From: Candidatus Marinacidobacterium sp.
GTDB lineage: Bacteria; Acidobacteriota; Vicinamibacteria; Marinacidobacterales; Marinacidobacteraceae
Assembly (NCBI GenBank): GCA_965220965.1
Contig: OZ244852.1
Span: 1,152,001 to 1,216,000, forward strand
Reading direction: 5' to 3'
Length of the DNA stretch: 64,000 nt
A program made the translations under genes and the position numbers. Position 1 is the first letter of the stretch. Each line of letters opens with the position of its first letter. The notes under the pieces are model-generated. The model did no database searches. It had not been told where the DNA came from and saw nothing but the letters and a program-made list of their open reading frames with translations. Below, piece after piece: positions 1-10,721 of the stretch.

Positions 1-173
1 ATCCTGAATCTGTCGAGACGAGTTGAGTTGGCGGGCGCGGCGCTCGTCGTCGGCGGCGCCCAGGCGCGCCGGCTTGAACTGAATCGCGAGAAGAGCCTGT
101 ATCTGGGGGCCTCCATGTCGGAACTGCGAGCCGTCGCGCGCGGCCTTCTGCACAGCGCGGCGGCGGCGCGGAA

Positions 174-1112
174 TTGATGACGCGACGCAACCCGCTGCGG
201 GTCGTCGCAGTCTGGCTGGACAGTTGGTCCTACCGGCCGGTGACCGGCGAACGCGCGATGCGCGTGGAGTGGCTGCGCGTCGCGCCCTTCATCGCGGTCC
301 ACCTCGCGTGCCTCGGGCCCATCTGGGTGGGGTGGAGCTGGAGCGCGGTCGGCGTCGCGCTCGGCCTCTACTGGCTGCGGGTCTTCTTCGTGACGGCCTT
401 CTACCACCGCTACTTCTCGCATCGCACCTTCCAGACCTCGCGCCCGATGCAGTTCGCGTTCGCGCTGGCGGGCGCCACCGCGGTCCAGCGGGGCCCGCTC
501 TGGTGGGCGGCGCACCACCGGCTGCACCACCGCCACTCCGACGCCCCGGAGGATGTCCACTCCCCGCACCAGCACGGCTTCTGGTGGAGCCACATGGGCT
601 GGATCACCGCCCCCGCCAACTTCCCGACCCGGCTCGACCAGGTGCCGGACCTCGCGCGCTACCCGGAGCTTCGCTGGCTGGACCGGTTCGACACCGTCGT
701 GCCGCTGGTCCTGGCGGCCTCGCTCTACGGGCTCGGCGCGTTCCTCGCCGGCGTCGGCGTGAACACCAGCGGCCCCCAGATGCTCGTCTGGGGCTTTTTC
801 ATCTCGACGGTCGCGCTCTTCCACGCCACCTCGCTGATCAACTCGGCGGCGCATCAGATGGGAAAGCGCCGCTACGCCACCCGCGACGACAGCCGGAACA
901 GCCTGGTGCTGGCGCTGATCACGATGGGCGAGGGCTGGCACAACAACCACCACCGCTACCCGGCCGCCGCCCGGCAGGGCTTCTTCTGGTGGGAGATCGA
1001 CCTGACCTACTACTTCCTGGTCGTCCTCTCGTGGTTCGGGATCGTCCGGGAACTGCACCCGGTCCCGGCCCGCGTCAAGCTGGCTGACGCGGAAGCGCCG
1101 GCCGGGGGCTGA
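174..1112 (+). CDS. Acyl-CoA (delta-9-type) fatty acid desaturase
   Basis: Three His boxes (HRYFSH, HRLHH, HNNHH) with hydrophobic spans between them; GEGWHNNHH motif. Confidence 0.9.
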   Translation: MMTRRNPLRVVAVWLDSWSYRPVTGERAMRVEWLRVAPFIAVHLACLGPIWVGWSWSAVGVALGLYWLRVFFVTAFYHRYFSHRTFQTSRPMQFAFALAGATAVQRGPLWWAAHHRLHHRHSDAPEDVHSPHQHGFWWSHMGWITAPANFPTRLDQVPDLARYPELRWLDRFDTVVPLVLAASLYGLGAFLAGVGVNTSGPQMLVWGFFISTVALFHATSLINSAAHQMGKRRYATRDDSRNSLVLALITMGEGWHNNHHRYPAAARQGFFWWEIDLTYYFLVVLSWFGIVRELHPVPARVKLADAEAPAGG

Positions 1113-1136
1113 CCGGACGGCGGGTAAGCCGCCGGT

Positions 1137-2585
1137 TCAGTGCCCGGCGGTGGTCGGGACCGCGAGGATCGAGGCGCTCGTGCGGAGCATCATGTGGATC
1201 GCCGGGTCCGGGCGGAAGAACGACCCGGTGCGGCCCCGGTCGTAGCCGATCACGACGAGGTCGCCGGGCTTGGTGAGCCGGCCCACCTGCCTCGGCGGGT
1301 TCCCCTCGGAACGAACCACCGGAACCCGGGTGCGGTAGAGCCCCGCCATCCGTTCGATCGCGGCGAGCGCCGTCCCGAGCTCGCCCTTGTCGGAGACCTC
1401 CCCGCCGATGAAGTGCGGCGGCGTCACCGCCAGCACCGCGAGCGGGATCCCGAACTGCTGCGCCAGCCCGATCGCGGTGTCGAACGCCCGCAGCGTCGGG
1501 CCCAGGTCGGTCACCGGGACGACGAGCCGCTCCCACGGGAACGTGCCTCCCGGAAGGAGCGCCGGACAGGAGAACTGCGCCATCGTCGCGAGGAAGCCGG
1601 GGGTGTTCCACCCGATCCGCGCCGCGAACGAAGCCTCCCCCCGCTCCAGGATCACGCAGCCGGCGTCCGGGCGCACCGCCGCCGTCGGCTCGCTCCCCGG
1701 CGCCGCCCGCGCCAGCCGATCCGGAGGAACCCCGAAGTCGGGCGGCGGTCCGATCTCTTCGGGCGCGACGATCCGGAAGCGGCGCGCCCGCGAGGTGCGG
1801 AACAGGTAGTCCGCCTCCCGCCAGGCCACCTCGGGCAGCGGCCGCTCCGCGTAGACCACGATGTGGCTGCCGAACTGGAGCGGGAACAGGGACTTACCCT
1901 CCCGCAGGAACTCGGCGGCGCCGGGCGCCACATCGGGTTCGCCGGTGATCAGCAGCCGGTCGCCGACCTCGATGACCGCATCGCCGTGCGGCACGACGAA
2001 CCGGCCAGCCCGGTAGATCCCGGCGATGATCCAGTTGCGGGCGCCCAGGTCCTTCAGGCGGACATTCACGGCCGGGGAGGTGGGCAGGACCTGGATCTCC
2101 CGGATCTCCCCCTGGCCGAGGCCGAGCGAAGTGGCGACCTGGTGGGAGCGCTCGATCCGGTTCCGGATCTGGCTCGCCACCATGGACGGCCGGGACACCC
2201 CTTCGGCGCCGGTGGCGCGCATCTTCGGGATCCGCCGGCTGTCGCGGAGCGTGCCGATCCGGGCGGGCGCGGGAGCGAGCTCCGCGGCCACCCGGCAGAC
2301 CTCGATGTTCACCTCGTCGCGATCGGTGGTCGCGACCACCCATTCGGCCCCGGACCCGGCGGCGCCCGTGAGCGCGAGCCGGCTCGCGCCATCGGCGCAG
2401 CGACTTTGAACCGCCTCGCCCAGGTCTTCATGAAGCCGGCTCAGCTTCTCCGGGTCGGTGTCGAGAACGGTGACCCGCCAGTCGCTCGCCAGATGGCGCG
2501 CCAGCGCCCGCCCGGTCTGGCCCGCGCCGACGATCACGACGCCCGGCCGGGCGTCGACGGACGGCGCTCCCGCGCCTTCAGCCAC
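1137..2585 (-). CDS. TrkA-like protein (RCK_N NAD-binding + RCK_C) fused to universal-stress-like domain(s)
   Basis: N-terminal Rossmann motif IVGAGQTG, ATTDRDEVN, an RCK_C-like segment (VPHGDAVIEVGDRLLITG) and a USP-like C-terminus ending SASILAVP. Confidence 0.7.
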   Translation of the reverse strand: MAEGAGAPSVDARPGVVIVGAGQTGRALARHLASDWRVTVLDTDPEKLSRLHEDLGEAVQSRCADGASRLALTGAAGSGAEWVVATTDRDEVNIEVCRVAAELAPAPARIGTLRDSRRIPKMRATGAEGVSRPSMVASQIRNRIERSHQVATSLGLGQGEIREIQVLPTSPAVNVRLKDLGARNWIIAGIYRAGRFVVPHGDAVIEVGDRLLITGEPDVAPGAAEFLREGKSLFPLQFGSHIVVYAERPLPEVAWREADYLFRTSRARRFRIVAPEEIGPPPDFGVPPDRLARAAPGSEPTAAVRPDAGCVILERGEASFAARIGWNTPGFLATMAQFSCPALLPGGTFPWERLVVPVTDLGPTLRAFDTAIGLAQQFGIPLAVLAVTPPHFIGGEVSDKGELGTALAAIERMAGLYRTRVPVVRSEGNPPRQVGRLTKPGDLVVIGYDRGRTGSFFRPDPAIHMMLRTSASILAVPTTAGH

Positions 2586-2657
2586 GGCGGAGGTCTCCGG
2601 AGCGCCGGCGGAAGCGGAGCCAGGCGCTCTGCGCCGCCGGCCGCTCCGTGGGGATAC

Positions 2658-3425
2658 CTACTCGGACTGCGGGGTGGCGATGATCCGCGACACCGGCGTG
2701 CCCGCCGGGGTGAACGGGGCCTTGTCGAGGTGGGTGATCGGCTGCGTCGTGTCGGCCCCGTCCGCCTTGTCGGCGAAGTCATCGCCGGCGGCGGTGCCGG
2801 CGTCGAAGGCCGCGGCCTCGAACGCGATCTCGTCGAGCCAGGCGCCGTCCTCGTCGGTGGCGCACACGTGCGAGAAGCCGACGAACCAGTCCGGGCTGGG
2901 AGCGATCGCCTGCGCGAAGGTGAAGCACGGGTTGTCGCTGCTCACCTCGATCGACGGGTTCCCCGACGTGAGCAGGGCGGTGATCTGGTCTTCGTGGTTC
3001 GCCTGGATCGTGAAGCCGCGCCCGGTCGCCTCGGCGACCACGTCGGCGGACTCGCCGGTCTCGGCCAGGACCTTCATCGCCGCGGAGGCGGTGGCCCCCA
3101 TCTCCCACAGCGTCTCCCCTCTCGGGTGCGCGATGAACGCCACCGGCGGCGCGGTGGTGACGCCGTCGGGGTAGGGCGTGGCGCCGAACAGCGCCTGGAA
3201 GAGCGGGTTGCCGGAAATCAGCGCTTCGTACTGGATGGTGTAGACGCGCGTCTCCGGCTCCGGGTCAGGCTCGGGTTCCGGCGTCGGCGTCGGCGTCGGG
3301 GTGGGCGCCGGCGTGGGCGCCGGGGCCGCCGAGCCCCCGTCGTCGCCACACGCGGCCAGCGTCAGGGCGGCGGCCAGCAGGACCCCCAGCGAAAGCGCGA
3401 AGCCGAAATTGCGATTCCTGAGCAT
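2658..3425 (-). CDS. Spondin_N-domain lipoprotein
   Basis: Lipobox LAAC, Pro/Thr linker, and spondin motifs IAPSPDWFVG and FDAGT. Confidence 0.75.
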   Translation of the reverse strand: MLRNRNFGFALSLGVLLAAALTLAACGDDGGSAAPAPTPAPTPTPTPTPEPEPDPEPETRVYTIQYEALISGNPLFQALFGATPYPDGVTTAPPVAFIAHPRGETLWEMGATASAAMKVLAETGESADVVAEATGRGFTIQANHEDQITALLTSGNPSIEVSSDNPCFTFAQAIAPSPDWFVGFSHVCATDEDGAWLDEIAFEAAAFDAGTAAGDDFADKADGADTTQPITHLDKAPFTPAGTPVSRIIATPQSE

Positions 3426-3568
3426 GCGGGCGGCCCTCCTTCTTCGGGCGATGCAGGTTGGGGAACAGTACCAGCCGCCGCCGCTCGCCGGACCCGCGAG
3501 GCGGGCTCGGGAACCCGCCCCGACGACCGGTTCCGATCAGGACGGGGGCGAACCGGCACAATCCCGGA

Positions 3569-5488
3569 ATGCCTCCCCTCCGCGCGATTCTCCCGGGCCG
3601 ACGCGCCGCGCTCGCCGGCGCGCTCTGCCTGCTGGCGTGGCAGACCGCGGCCTGTCGTGGTCCCGAGCCGACGCCGCCTTCCGGCGACGCCGTCCCGCTC
3701 ACGCTCGAGAACATCTTCCGCGACGAGCGGGGCGGCGTCCTGGCCGCCGCGCTCTCCCCCGACGGGCGCTGGGTCGCGATGACCGCCCGGGGGCGCGACG
3801 GCCAGGGGATCCACCTCCTCGATCTCGCCGAGACGCCGCCGGTCCCCCGCTTCTGGCTGGCGGGGGCCGGCCCCGTCTGGTCCCCTGACGGGAGTTCGGT
3901 GGCCTTCCTCCGGGAGGGCGACCTCTGGAGCGCTCCGCGGGGCGACCCGGAGGCGGCGCGGCTCACCGACGGGCTCTCCGGCGTCCGGGCGCCCGCGTGG
4001 TCACCGGATGGGGCAACGCTCGCGGTGATGTCGGACCAGAGCGGCAGCCAGGATGTCTGGCTCGTTCCCGCGGACGGCGGGGATCCCCTCCAGCTCACCT
4101 CCGGGGCGATGAGCGGAGACGAGGTCCGGTTCGGCGTCTCCTGGGCGCCGGACGGCGGCCGGATCGCCTTCATCTCGAATCGCGCCGGCCTCGCCGCCGA
4201 CGACGTGTGGCTGGTGGACGTCGCCACCGGCGAGGAGCGCCGCCTCACCCGGACGATCCGCGCCCTCTCCGAGGTTCCGGTCTGGTCTCCCGACGGCAGC
4301 CGGATCGCGGTCCTCGCGGTGAAGAACGACGAGTACTGGTACCTCGACATCGCCGACATCTACCTGCTGGACCCGGACGGCGGCCCGGAAGAGCCGCTCC
4401 CGATGTCGACCTTCACCACCGGCTACCGGTTCCGCCCGTTCTGGTCCGCGGACGGCGCCCACCTCGTCTTCGCCCACCAGGAACGCGGGGAGCACCACCT
4501 CTGGTCCGTCCCGGCGACCGGCGGCGCGGCCACCCGGATCAGCCATCTCGGAGGGGTCTTCTCGAGCCTCACCGCCGACGCCGGCGCGGATCGCTTCGCC
4601 TTCGTCCGTTCCGCCCCCGGCGAGGGCCCGGATCTCTACACCCTGACCGCCGGGGGAGGTCCAGCCCGGCGTCTCACGCGCTTCGCTCCCCACTGGGAGG
4701 GCGTGACGCCGCCGCAGGAAATCTCCTACCGCAGCTTCGACGGCCACTACATCCAGGGCTACCTGTTTCTGCCGGATGAAGTCGGGGAGGGCGCGGTCTG
4801 TCCGGCGCTCGTCCAGGTGCACGGCGGCGGCACGAACTCGTATCTCGACGGGCCCAACCTGATCGAGCAGTACCTGGCTTCGCGGGGGTTCGTCGTCCTC
4901 GCGATCAACTACCGGGGCGGCTCCGGGTTCGGGCGCGAGTTCCAGGACCTCGGCGACGAGGACTGGCTCAACGGGCAAGCGCTCGACCCCGGCTGGGCCG
5001 CCGACTGGCTGCGGGAGCAGCCGTACGCGAGCGGCCGGGTCGGGATCTACGGCTACAGCTACGGCGGGATGCAGACGATGGCCGCCATCACCCGGACGCC
5101 CGACCGGTTCGACGCCGCCGCCCCGATGGCGGGCATCTACTCGGAGCGGCGCACCTTCGAACACCAGGACCGTCTGGGCCGGATCTTCACGATCGACGGG
5201 CACGGCGGCCTGCCGGAGGAGCGCCCGGAGATCTACGACAAGACCGAGACGCTCGACCGGATCGGGAACATCACCGCGCCGGTGCTGATCCAGCACGGAG
5301 AGCTCGATGTGCGCGCCCCGTTCCTGAACTTCGAGCTGGCGGTGGCCGAGTTCGAGCGCCACGGCGTCGAGTACGAGGCCCACACCTACCCCGAGCGGCA
5401 CGGGTTCCGGGACCCGGAGAACCGGATCGCGCTCTACCGCCGGGTGGAGGAGTTCTTCAGCCGCGAACTGGGGGCCTGCAGCCGCTGA
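3569..5488 (+). CDS. S9-family (prolyl oligopeptidase/acylaminoacyl peptidase-like) peptidase with PD40 repeats
   Basis: Repeated WSPDG motifs, VHGG, nucleophile motif GYSYGG and a C-terminal HGF. Start placed at ATG 3569, ahead of the signal-like sequence. Confidence 0.85.
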   Translation: MPPLRAILPGRRAALAGALCLLAWQTAACRGPEPTPPSGDAVPLTLENIFRDERGGVLAAALSPDGRWVAMTARGRDGQGIHLLDLAETPPVPRFWLAGAGPVWSPDGSSVAFLREGDLWSAPRGDPEAARLTDGLSGVRAPAWSPDGATLAVMSDQSGSQDVWLVPADGGDPLQLTSGAMSGDEVRFGVSWAPDGGRIAFISNRAGLAADDVWLVDVATGEERRLTRTIRALSEVPVWSPDGSRIAVLAVKNDEYWYLDIADIYLLDPDGGPEEPLPMSTFTTGYRFRPFWSADGAHLVFAHQERGEHHLWSVPATGGAATRISHLGGVFSSLTADAGADRFAFVRSAPGEGPDLYTLTAGGGPARRLTRFAPHWEGVTPPQEISYRSFDGHYIQGYLFLPDEVGEGAVCPALVQVHGGGTNSYLDGPNLIEQYLASRGFVVLAINYRGGSGFGREFQDLGDEDWLNGQALDPGWAADWLREQPYASGRVGIYGYSYGGMQTMAAITRTPDRFDAAAPMAGIYSERRTFEHQDRLGRIFTIDGHGGLPEERPEIYDKTETLDRIGNITAPVLIQHGELDVRAPFLNFELAVAEFERHGVEYEAHTYPERHGFRDPENRIALYRRVEEFFSRELGACSR

Positions 5489-5564
5489 GCGCTCCGCGTC
5501 AGGGCGGACAGGCCGGAAAGTACGATTCCGGGAAGGCGCGTCAGCGCCGGGAGGACCCATCCCC

Positions 5565-6965
5565 TTGACCGAACCTGTCAGGATCGAGCGCGACACGCTC
5601 GGCGAAGTCGAAGTCCCGGCGGCGCGCCTCTACGGCGCCCAGACCGAGCGTTCCCGGCGCAACTTCCGGATCTCGGGCGAGCGGATGCCGGTCGAGCTCA
5701 TCCGCGCCCTGGCGCTCGTCAAGAAGGCGGCCGCGCTGGTGAACCGGGACCTTGACGCCGGGTTCGAGCCCACCTCGGACGCCATCGCCGTCGCCGCCGA
5801 CGAGGTTCTCGCCGGGGAGCATCCGGAAGAGTTCCCGCTGATCGTCTGGCAGACGGGGAGCGGCACCCAGTCCAACATGAACATGAACGAGGTGCTCGCG
5901 AACCGCGCCAGCGAGATCCTCGGGGGAGAGCGGGGGCAGGGGCGTCTGGTCCACCCGAACGACCACGTGAACCGGGGCCAGTCCTCGAACGACGTGTTCC
6001 CGACCGCCATGCACGTGGCGGCGGTGCTGGCGCTCGAGGAGCGCGTGCTTCCCTCGGTCCGGGCGCTCGCGGCGGCGTTCCGGGAGCGCTCGGAGGCCTT
6101 CGCCACGGTCGTCAAGATCGGGCGAACCCACCTCCAGGACGCGACGCCGCTGACGCTCGGGCAGGAGTTCTCGGGGTACGCCGCGCAGCTCGAGAACGGA
6201 TGCGCCCGGGTCGAGGCGGTCCTGCCGCATGTGCGCGAGCTGGCGCTCGGCGGCACCGCGGTGGGCACCGGGCTGAACGCCCACCCCGAGATGGGCGAGC
6301 GCGCCGCCCGCTGGCTCTCCCGCCTGACCGGGGCGGAGTTCGTGACCGCCCCGAACAAGTTCGAGGCGCTCGCGGCGAAGGACGCGCTGGTCGCCGCCCA
6401 CGGCGCGCTGAAGACCGTCGCGGTCTCGCTTCACAAGATCGCGAACGACATCCGCTGGCTCGCCTCCGGACCCCGCTCCGGGATCGGCGAGATCGTCATC
6501 CCGGCGAACGAGCCGGGAAGCTCGATCATGCCCGGCAAGGTCAACCCGACGCAGTGCGAGGCGCTGCTGATGGCCACCGCGCAGGTCCTGGGCAACGACG
6601 TGGCGATCGCGCTCGGCGGCGCGGGCGGCAACTTCGAGCTCAACGTGATGAAGCCGCTCATCATCCACAACTTCCTCGGGAGCGCCCGCCTGATCGCCGA
6701 CGGCTGCGACTCCTTCCGCGAGCGCTGCGTCGCCGGGATCGAACCGAACCACGAGCGGCTCGACGAGAACCTGAAGCGCTCGCTGATGCTCGTGACCGCG
6801 CTGAACCCCCACATCGGCTACGACAACGCCGCGCGGATCGCCAAGAAGGCCTACGCCGACGGAACGTCGCTCCGGGAAGCCGCCATCGCCCTCGACCTCC
6901 TCACCGGGGAGCAGTTCGACGCATGGGTCCGCCCGGAGACGATGACCGGCCCACGAGACGAGTGA
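5565..6965 (+). CDS. fumC: Class II fumarate hydratase
   Basis: Signature [15 protein letters not shown], plus [11 protein letters not shown] and [10 protein letters not shown]. Confidence 0.96.
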   Translation: MTEPVRIERDTLGEVEVPAARLYGAQTERSRRNFRISGERMPVELIRALALVKKAAALVNRDLDAGFEPTSDAIAVAADEVLAGEHPEEFPLIVWQTGSGTQSNMNMNEVLANRASEILGGERGQGRLVHPNDHVNRGQSSNDVFPTAMHVAAVLALEERVLPSVRALAAAFRERSEAFATVVKIGRTHLQDATPLTLGQEFSGYAAQLENGCARVEAVLPHVRELALGGTAVGTGLNAHPEMGERAARWLSRLTGAEFVTAPNKFEALAAKDALVAAHGALKTVAVSLHKIANDIRWLASGPRSGIGEIVIPANEPGSSIMPGKVNPTQCEALLMATAQVLGNDVAIALGGAGGNFELNVMKPLIIHNFLGSARLIADGCDSFRERCVAGIEPNHERLDENLKRSLMLVTALNPHIGYDNAARIAKKAYADGTSLREAAIALDLLTGEQFDAWVRPETMTGPRDE

Positions 6966-6998
6966 CCCCCCGGCCCCGACCGCCGGCGGTCTGAGAAG

Positions 6999-7967
6999 TC
7001 AGTCCGGACCGCGGAGCGCGCGGGTCAGGGCGGGGAGGATCTCCTTGACGTCGGCGACGACACCGACATCGGCGGCGCCGAAGATCGGGGCGTCGGGATC
7101 CTTGTTGACCGCCACCACGAAGCGGGATCCGCGCATGCCGACGAGGTGCTGGATCGCGCCGGAGATGCCGCAGGCGACGTAGAGCTTCGGCGAGACGCTC
7201 ACCCCGCTGGATCCGACCTGGCGGTCGTGCGGCAGCCAGCCGGCGTCGGTGACGGCGCGGGAGGCCCCGACCGCGCCCCCGAGCGCCTCGGCCAGCTCCT
7301 CGACGAGGTGCAGGTTCTCCGGGCCTCCCAGCCCGCGTCCGGCGGAGACGACGACATCGGCCGCGGTCAGGTCCACGCCCTCGCTGGCCGCCGAGCGGGT
7401 CTCGAGGAGGCGGGAGTTCGCGGCGTCCGCCGCGAGCGGCGAGGGCCGGACGCTCACCTTGCCGGCGGCGCCGGCGGCGCGCGCCGGAAAGGCGCCGCGC
7501 TCGACGGTCGCCACCGCCGGGCGCCGCGGAAGCTCGATCTCCTGGACGAACTTGCCCTGGAACGCCTGTCGTTCCGCCGCGATTCCGGCGTCGGTCCACC
7601 GCAGGCTCGAGACTCCGGTCGCGGCCGCGCCCCCGAGGCTGGCCGCGATGAGCGGCGCCGCATCCCACCCGGTCGGGCTGTGCGGCAGCAGGATCAGATC
7701 GGCGCCGGTCGCCTCCCGGGCGTGGAGCACCGCCGCGGCGGTCTCGCCGGCGGTGCGTCCGGCGTGAGCCGGTCCCTCGACGAGGAGGACGCTCCCCGCA
7801 TCGAGCGCCTCCGCCGCGCTCTCTTCGGCGGCGGCGTCCGCGGTCGGGATGACCGCATGGACCGCCGACGCGTCCCCGGCGAGCGCGTGCGCCGCCCCGA
7901 GGAGTTCGCCGGTGACTCCTGCGTCCGGTCCCCCGGTGGCGGCGAGGACGAGAACCGGGCGGCTCAC
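6999..7967 (-). CDS. etfA: Electron transfer flavoprotein alpha subunit
   Basis: VVSAGRG, GASRAVTDAGW, QVGSSG and GISGAIQHLVGM motifs; overlaps etfB. Confidence 0.92.
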   Translation of the reverse strand: MSRPVLVLAATGGPDAGVTGELLGAAHALAGDASAVHAVIPTADAAAEESAAEALDAGSVLLVEGPAHAGRTAGETAAAVLHAREATGADLILLPHSPTGWDAAPLIAASLGGAAATGVSSLRWTDAGIAAERQAFQGKFVQEIELPRRPAVATVERGAFPARAAGAAGKVSVRPSPLAADAANSRLLETRSAASEGVDLTAADVVVSAGRGLGGPENLHLVEELAEALGGAVGASRAVTDAGWLPHDRQVGSSGVSVSPKLYVACGISGAIQHLVGMRGSRFVVAVNKDPDAPIFGAADVGVVADVKEILPALTRALRGPD

Positions 7968-8755
7968 GACCCGCCTCCCGGGAGCCCGATCCCGGCCTCG
8001 GCTCGCATCCGGGCGATCAGCTCCGCGGCCACGTCGTCGGCCGAACCCTCGAGGATCTCGGCGGAGGCGGCGCGCTCGGGCTTCCCGAGGGCGAGCGGGC
8101 GAAGCGTGGCTTCGGGCCCGTCGGCGTCCTGGAGTTCCGGGGCCTCGATCCGCTCCACCGGCTTGCGGCGCGACGCCATGATGCCGCGGAGGCTGGCGTA
8201 GCGGGGGGTGTTCGCCCCGGTCTGGACCGCAACCACGGCGGGGAGGTCGAGCTCGACGACCGCGACCCGGTGGTTCTCGAGCTCGCGGTCCACTTCGAGG
8301 CGGCCTTCGCGGAACCGGACCCCGGTGACCGCCGAGGCGTAGGCGTATCCCAGCAGCCCCGCCACCAGCCCGCCGACCTGCCCGTGGCCGCTGTCCTCCG
8401 CCAGTAGGCCGGCGAACACGATGGGGGCGTCCTGCTTCCCGACGACCCCTGCGAGCGCCCGGGCCACCCGGAAGGGGTCGTGGAGCGCCGCCCGGGGGCA
8501 GACCAGATGAACCGCGCGGTCCATCCCCATCGCGAGCGCGGTGCGCACCGCCTGCCCGGCGTCCTCGGGCCCGGCGGTCACCACCACGGCCTCCTCCACG
8601 ACCCCGGCCTCCCGAAGCTGGAGCGCCGCCTCGACGGCGTAGCGGTCGTAGTCGTTCACGCCGTACCCGAGGCTCGATTCGTCGATCCAGGCGCCGGCGG
8701 GCCGGAACGCCGAGTTCCGGTCTGGGACCTGCTTCACCAGCGCGACCGCGTTCAA
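7964..8755 (-). CDS. etfB: Electron transfer flavoprotein beta subunit
   Basis: VKQVPD N-terminus, ALAMGMDRAVH and PRYASL motifs. Confidence 0.92.
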   Translation of the reverse strand: MNAVALVKQVPDRNSAFRPAGAWIDESSLGYGVNDYDRYAVEAALQLREAGVVEEAVVVTAGPEDAGQAVRTALAMGMDRAVHLVCPRAALHDPFRVARALAGVVGKQDAPIVFAGLLAEDSGHGQVGGLVAGLLGYAYASAVTGVRFREGRLEVDRELENHRVAVVELDLPAVVAVQTGANTPRYASLRGIMASRRKPVERIEAPELQDADGPEATLRPLALGKPERAASAEILEGSADDVAAELIARMRAEAGIGLPGGGS

Positions 8756-8778
8756 GCCGGGTTCCTCATGTCGCCGTT

Positions 8779-9393
8779 ATGATCGTCGCCGGACCGTTGG
8801 GGGGCAAGATGCGAAGCGGTTTGGTTGCGGTCGTCGCCATCGTGGGGCTGGCCGCCGGACTGGCCACGCTGGCGCTCCGGGGCAAACCGAGCGCGCTGCG
8901 GCGGCCCGCCGCCGTCGAGCGGCCGGTGCTGCTCGTTCCCGACTTCGTGAACCGCACCGGCGACGGGACTCTCGGCGATCTCGCGCGGGGCCTGACGGAG
9001 GCGGTGCGCGAGCGGCTCGCGGCGCCGGAGAGCATCTTCGTCGTGTCGCCCCGGAGGCTCCGACCGGTGCTGGGGCCGGAGGAGCGCGAGGACGGGCTGG
9101 TGCGGATCGCGGCGCGGCTGGGGGCCGACTACGTGCTCGTGGGCAGCCTGGAGTCCGGCCCGGAGGTTCCGCTCGGCCCGGGCTCGGCCTGGGGGGCGAC
9201 CGGCGCGGCGCCGGCGGACCCCGGGACCGACGACGGCGTCCGCGTCGACGTGCTCCTGGTGCGCGACGCCGACCCCCCGGAAGTGTTCGCCGAGCGGTTC
9301 CCGCTGGGGGAGGACCTCGGGGATGCGGCGGTCCGCGAGCGGACCGTCCGGATCATCGCGGACCGGATCGCCCTGTCCCTCCGAAGTCCTTGA
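8779..9393 (+). CDS. Hypothetical membrane-anchored protein (TolB-N/FlgO-like fold possible)
   Basis: N-terminal TM helix; the segments VPDFVNRTGD and LGADYVLVGSLE resemble TolB-N-like domains. Confidence 0.5.
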   Translation: MIVAGPLGGKMRSGLVAVVAIVGLAAGLATLALRGKPSALRRPAAVERPVLLVPDFVNRTGDGTLGDLARGLTEAVRERLAAPESIFVVSPRRLRPVLGPEEREDGLVRIAARLGADYVLVGSLESGPEVPLGPGSAWGATGAAPADPGTDDGVRVDVLLVRDADPPEVFAERFPLGEDLGDAAVRERTVRIIADRIALSLRSP

Positions 9394-9403
9394 GATCGGG
9401 CAT

Positions 9404-9493
9404 CGGCCCTTCGGGCCGTGAATCGAAACTTGCGCTGCGCGCCAAGTTCCGATTCGAACGTACGAATTGCGGGAGGGGGACACCCCCTCCCGC
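9404..9493. terminator. Three consecutive hairpins between convergent genes (terminator or REP-like element)
   Basis: CGGCCC-ttc-GGGCCG; GAATCGAAACTTG...CAAGTTCCGATTC; GCGGGAGGGGG-aca-CCCCCTCCCGC. Confidence 0.45.
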
Positions 9494-9560
9494 GGCCCCC
9501 ACCGGGAGAACTGGCTCCCCCTAAGGACCCCGAAACAACCGCAACGAGCGCGCCGGGTAT

Positions 9561-10721
9561 TCAGTTGCCGCGGAGCGCGAACAGCGACCCGTCCTGGGTT
9601 CCGAAGGTGATGTACGACCCGGAGAGGGCGGGGGAGCCCATGATCGGGCCTCCGGCGAGGAACTCGGCCACCTTCTCCCCGGTGGCGAGATCGAGCACGT
9701 AGAGGCGGCCATCGGCGTTGCCGGCGTAGACCCGGTTCCCCGCCACCGCCGGAGAGGCGTCGAAGCGGGCCCGGCCGCGGAACGTCCAGCGCGCCTCGCC
9801 GGTCTCCCGGTCGAGCGCGTGAACGAGCTTGTCGCGGCCGGCCACGATGACCAGATCGTCCTTCACCGCCGCCGAGGCGTAGAAGGGAAAGCGACGCTCG
9901 GGGTGCTCGTAGCGCCACTTCAGGACGCCGGCCTTCGTGTCCACCGCGAGGATCTCGTTGTTGAACGTGCCGTAGTAGAGCGTTCCATCCACGATCGCCG
10001 GGGAGGCGGCGGTGTAGGCGCCGGAGTCGAAGCGGATGGCCTCGTGGCCGTCGCGGATCCGGACGCCCCGGAGGATCGCGTCGCAGCCGGTGATCCAGGC
10101 GAGGCCGTCCCCACGCGCCGGGGTGGCGTGGACCGGACCCTCGGTCTGGAGCGACCAGAGCTTCTCGCCGGTCCCGGCGTCGAGCGCGTAGAAGTGCTCG
10201 TCGTAGCTCCCCACGAGAACGACCCCGGCGTCCACCACCGGCGAGGCCTTGATCTCGGCGCCGGTGGCGAAGGTCCAGCGGGCTTTCCCGGACTCGGCGT
10301 CCACCGCATGGAGCACGCCGAGCAGATCCCCGACGAAGACGAGGCCATCGGCGACCGCGGGGGAGGACTCGCCGAAGAGGTCTTCCTCGAGGCCATCCGG
10401 TTCGGCGTCCTCCGCCCCCGGCTCGTAGCGCCAGAGCTCCGCCCCGGTGGCGAGATCCAGCTTCACGAGCAGCCCGGGAAGCGCCGTGGCGTAGACCGCG
10501 CCGTCGACGACGGCCGGTGACGAATCCACCGAGAAACCGAGCGGCACGCTCCAGACCAGCTCGAGGTCGTCCCCGGGCGCCACCGGGGCGATGCCGGTGA
10601 GCGCCGGGTCGCGGCGGAACTGGGGCCAGTCCTCCGCCCCCTGGGCGGACGCCAGCGCGGGTGGGAACGCGAGCCCCGCAAGAAGCGCGAGGCGGGACAG
10701 GGTCGAGAGGTTCAGGCGCAT
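9561..10721 (-). CDS. PQQ-binding-like (BamB-type) beta-propeller protein
   Basis: Signal peptide starting at ATG 10721, DWPQFRRD, and repeated SSPAV...ALDxxTGxxxW units. The ORF-track extension to 11480 is a shadow of the adjacent gene. Confidence 0.85.
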   Translation of the reverse strand: MRLNLSTLSRLALLAGLAFPPALASAQGAEDWPQFRRDPALTGIAPVAPGDDLELVWSVPLGFSVDSSPAVVDGAVYATALPGLLVKLDLATGAELWRYEPGAEDAEPDGLEEDLFGESSPAVADGLVFVGDLLGVLHAVDAESGKARWTFATGAEIKASPVVDAGVVLVGSYDEHFYALDAGTGEKLWSLQTEGPVHATPARGDGLAWITGCDAILRGVRIRDGHEAIRFDSGAYTAASPAIVDGTLYYGTFNNEILAVDTKAGVLKWRYEHPERRFPFYASAAVKDDLVIVAGRDKLVHALDRETGEARWTFRGRARFDASPAVAGNRVYAGNADGRLYVLDLATGEKVAEFLAGGPIMGSPALSGSYITFGTQDGSLFALRGN

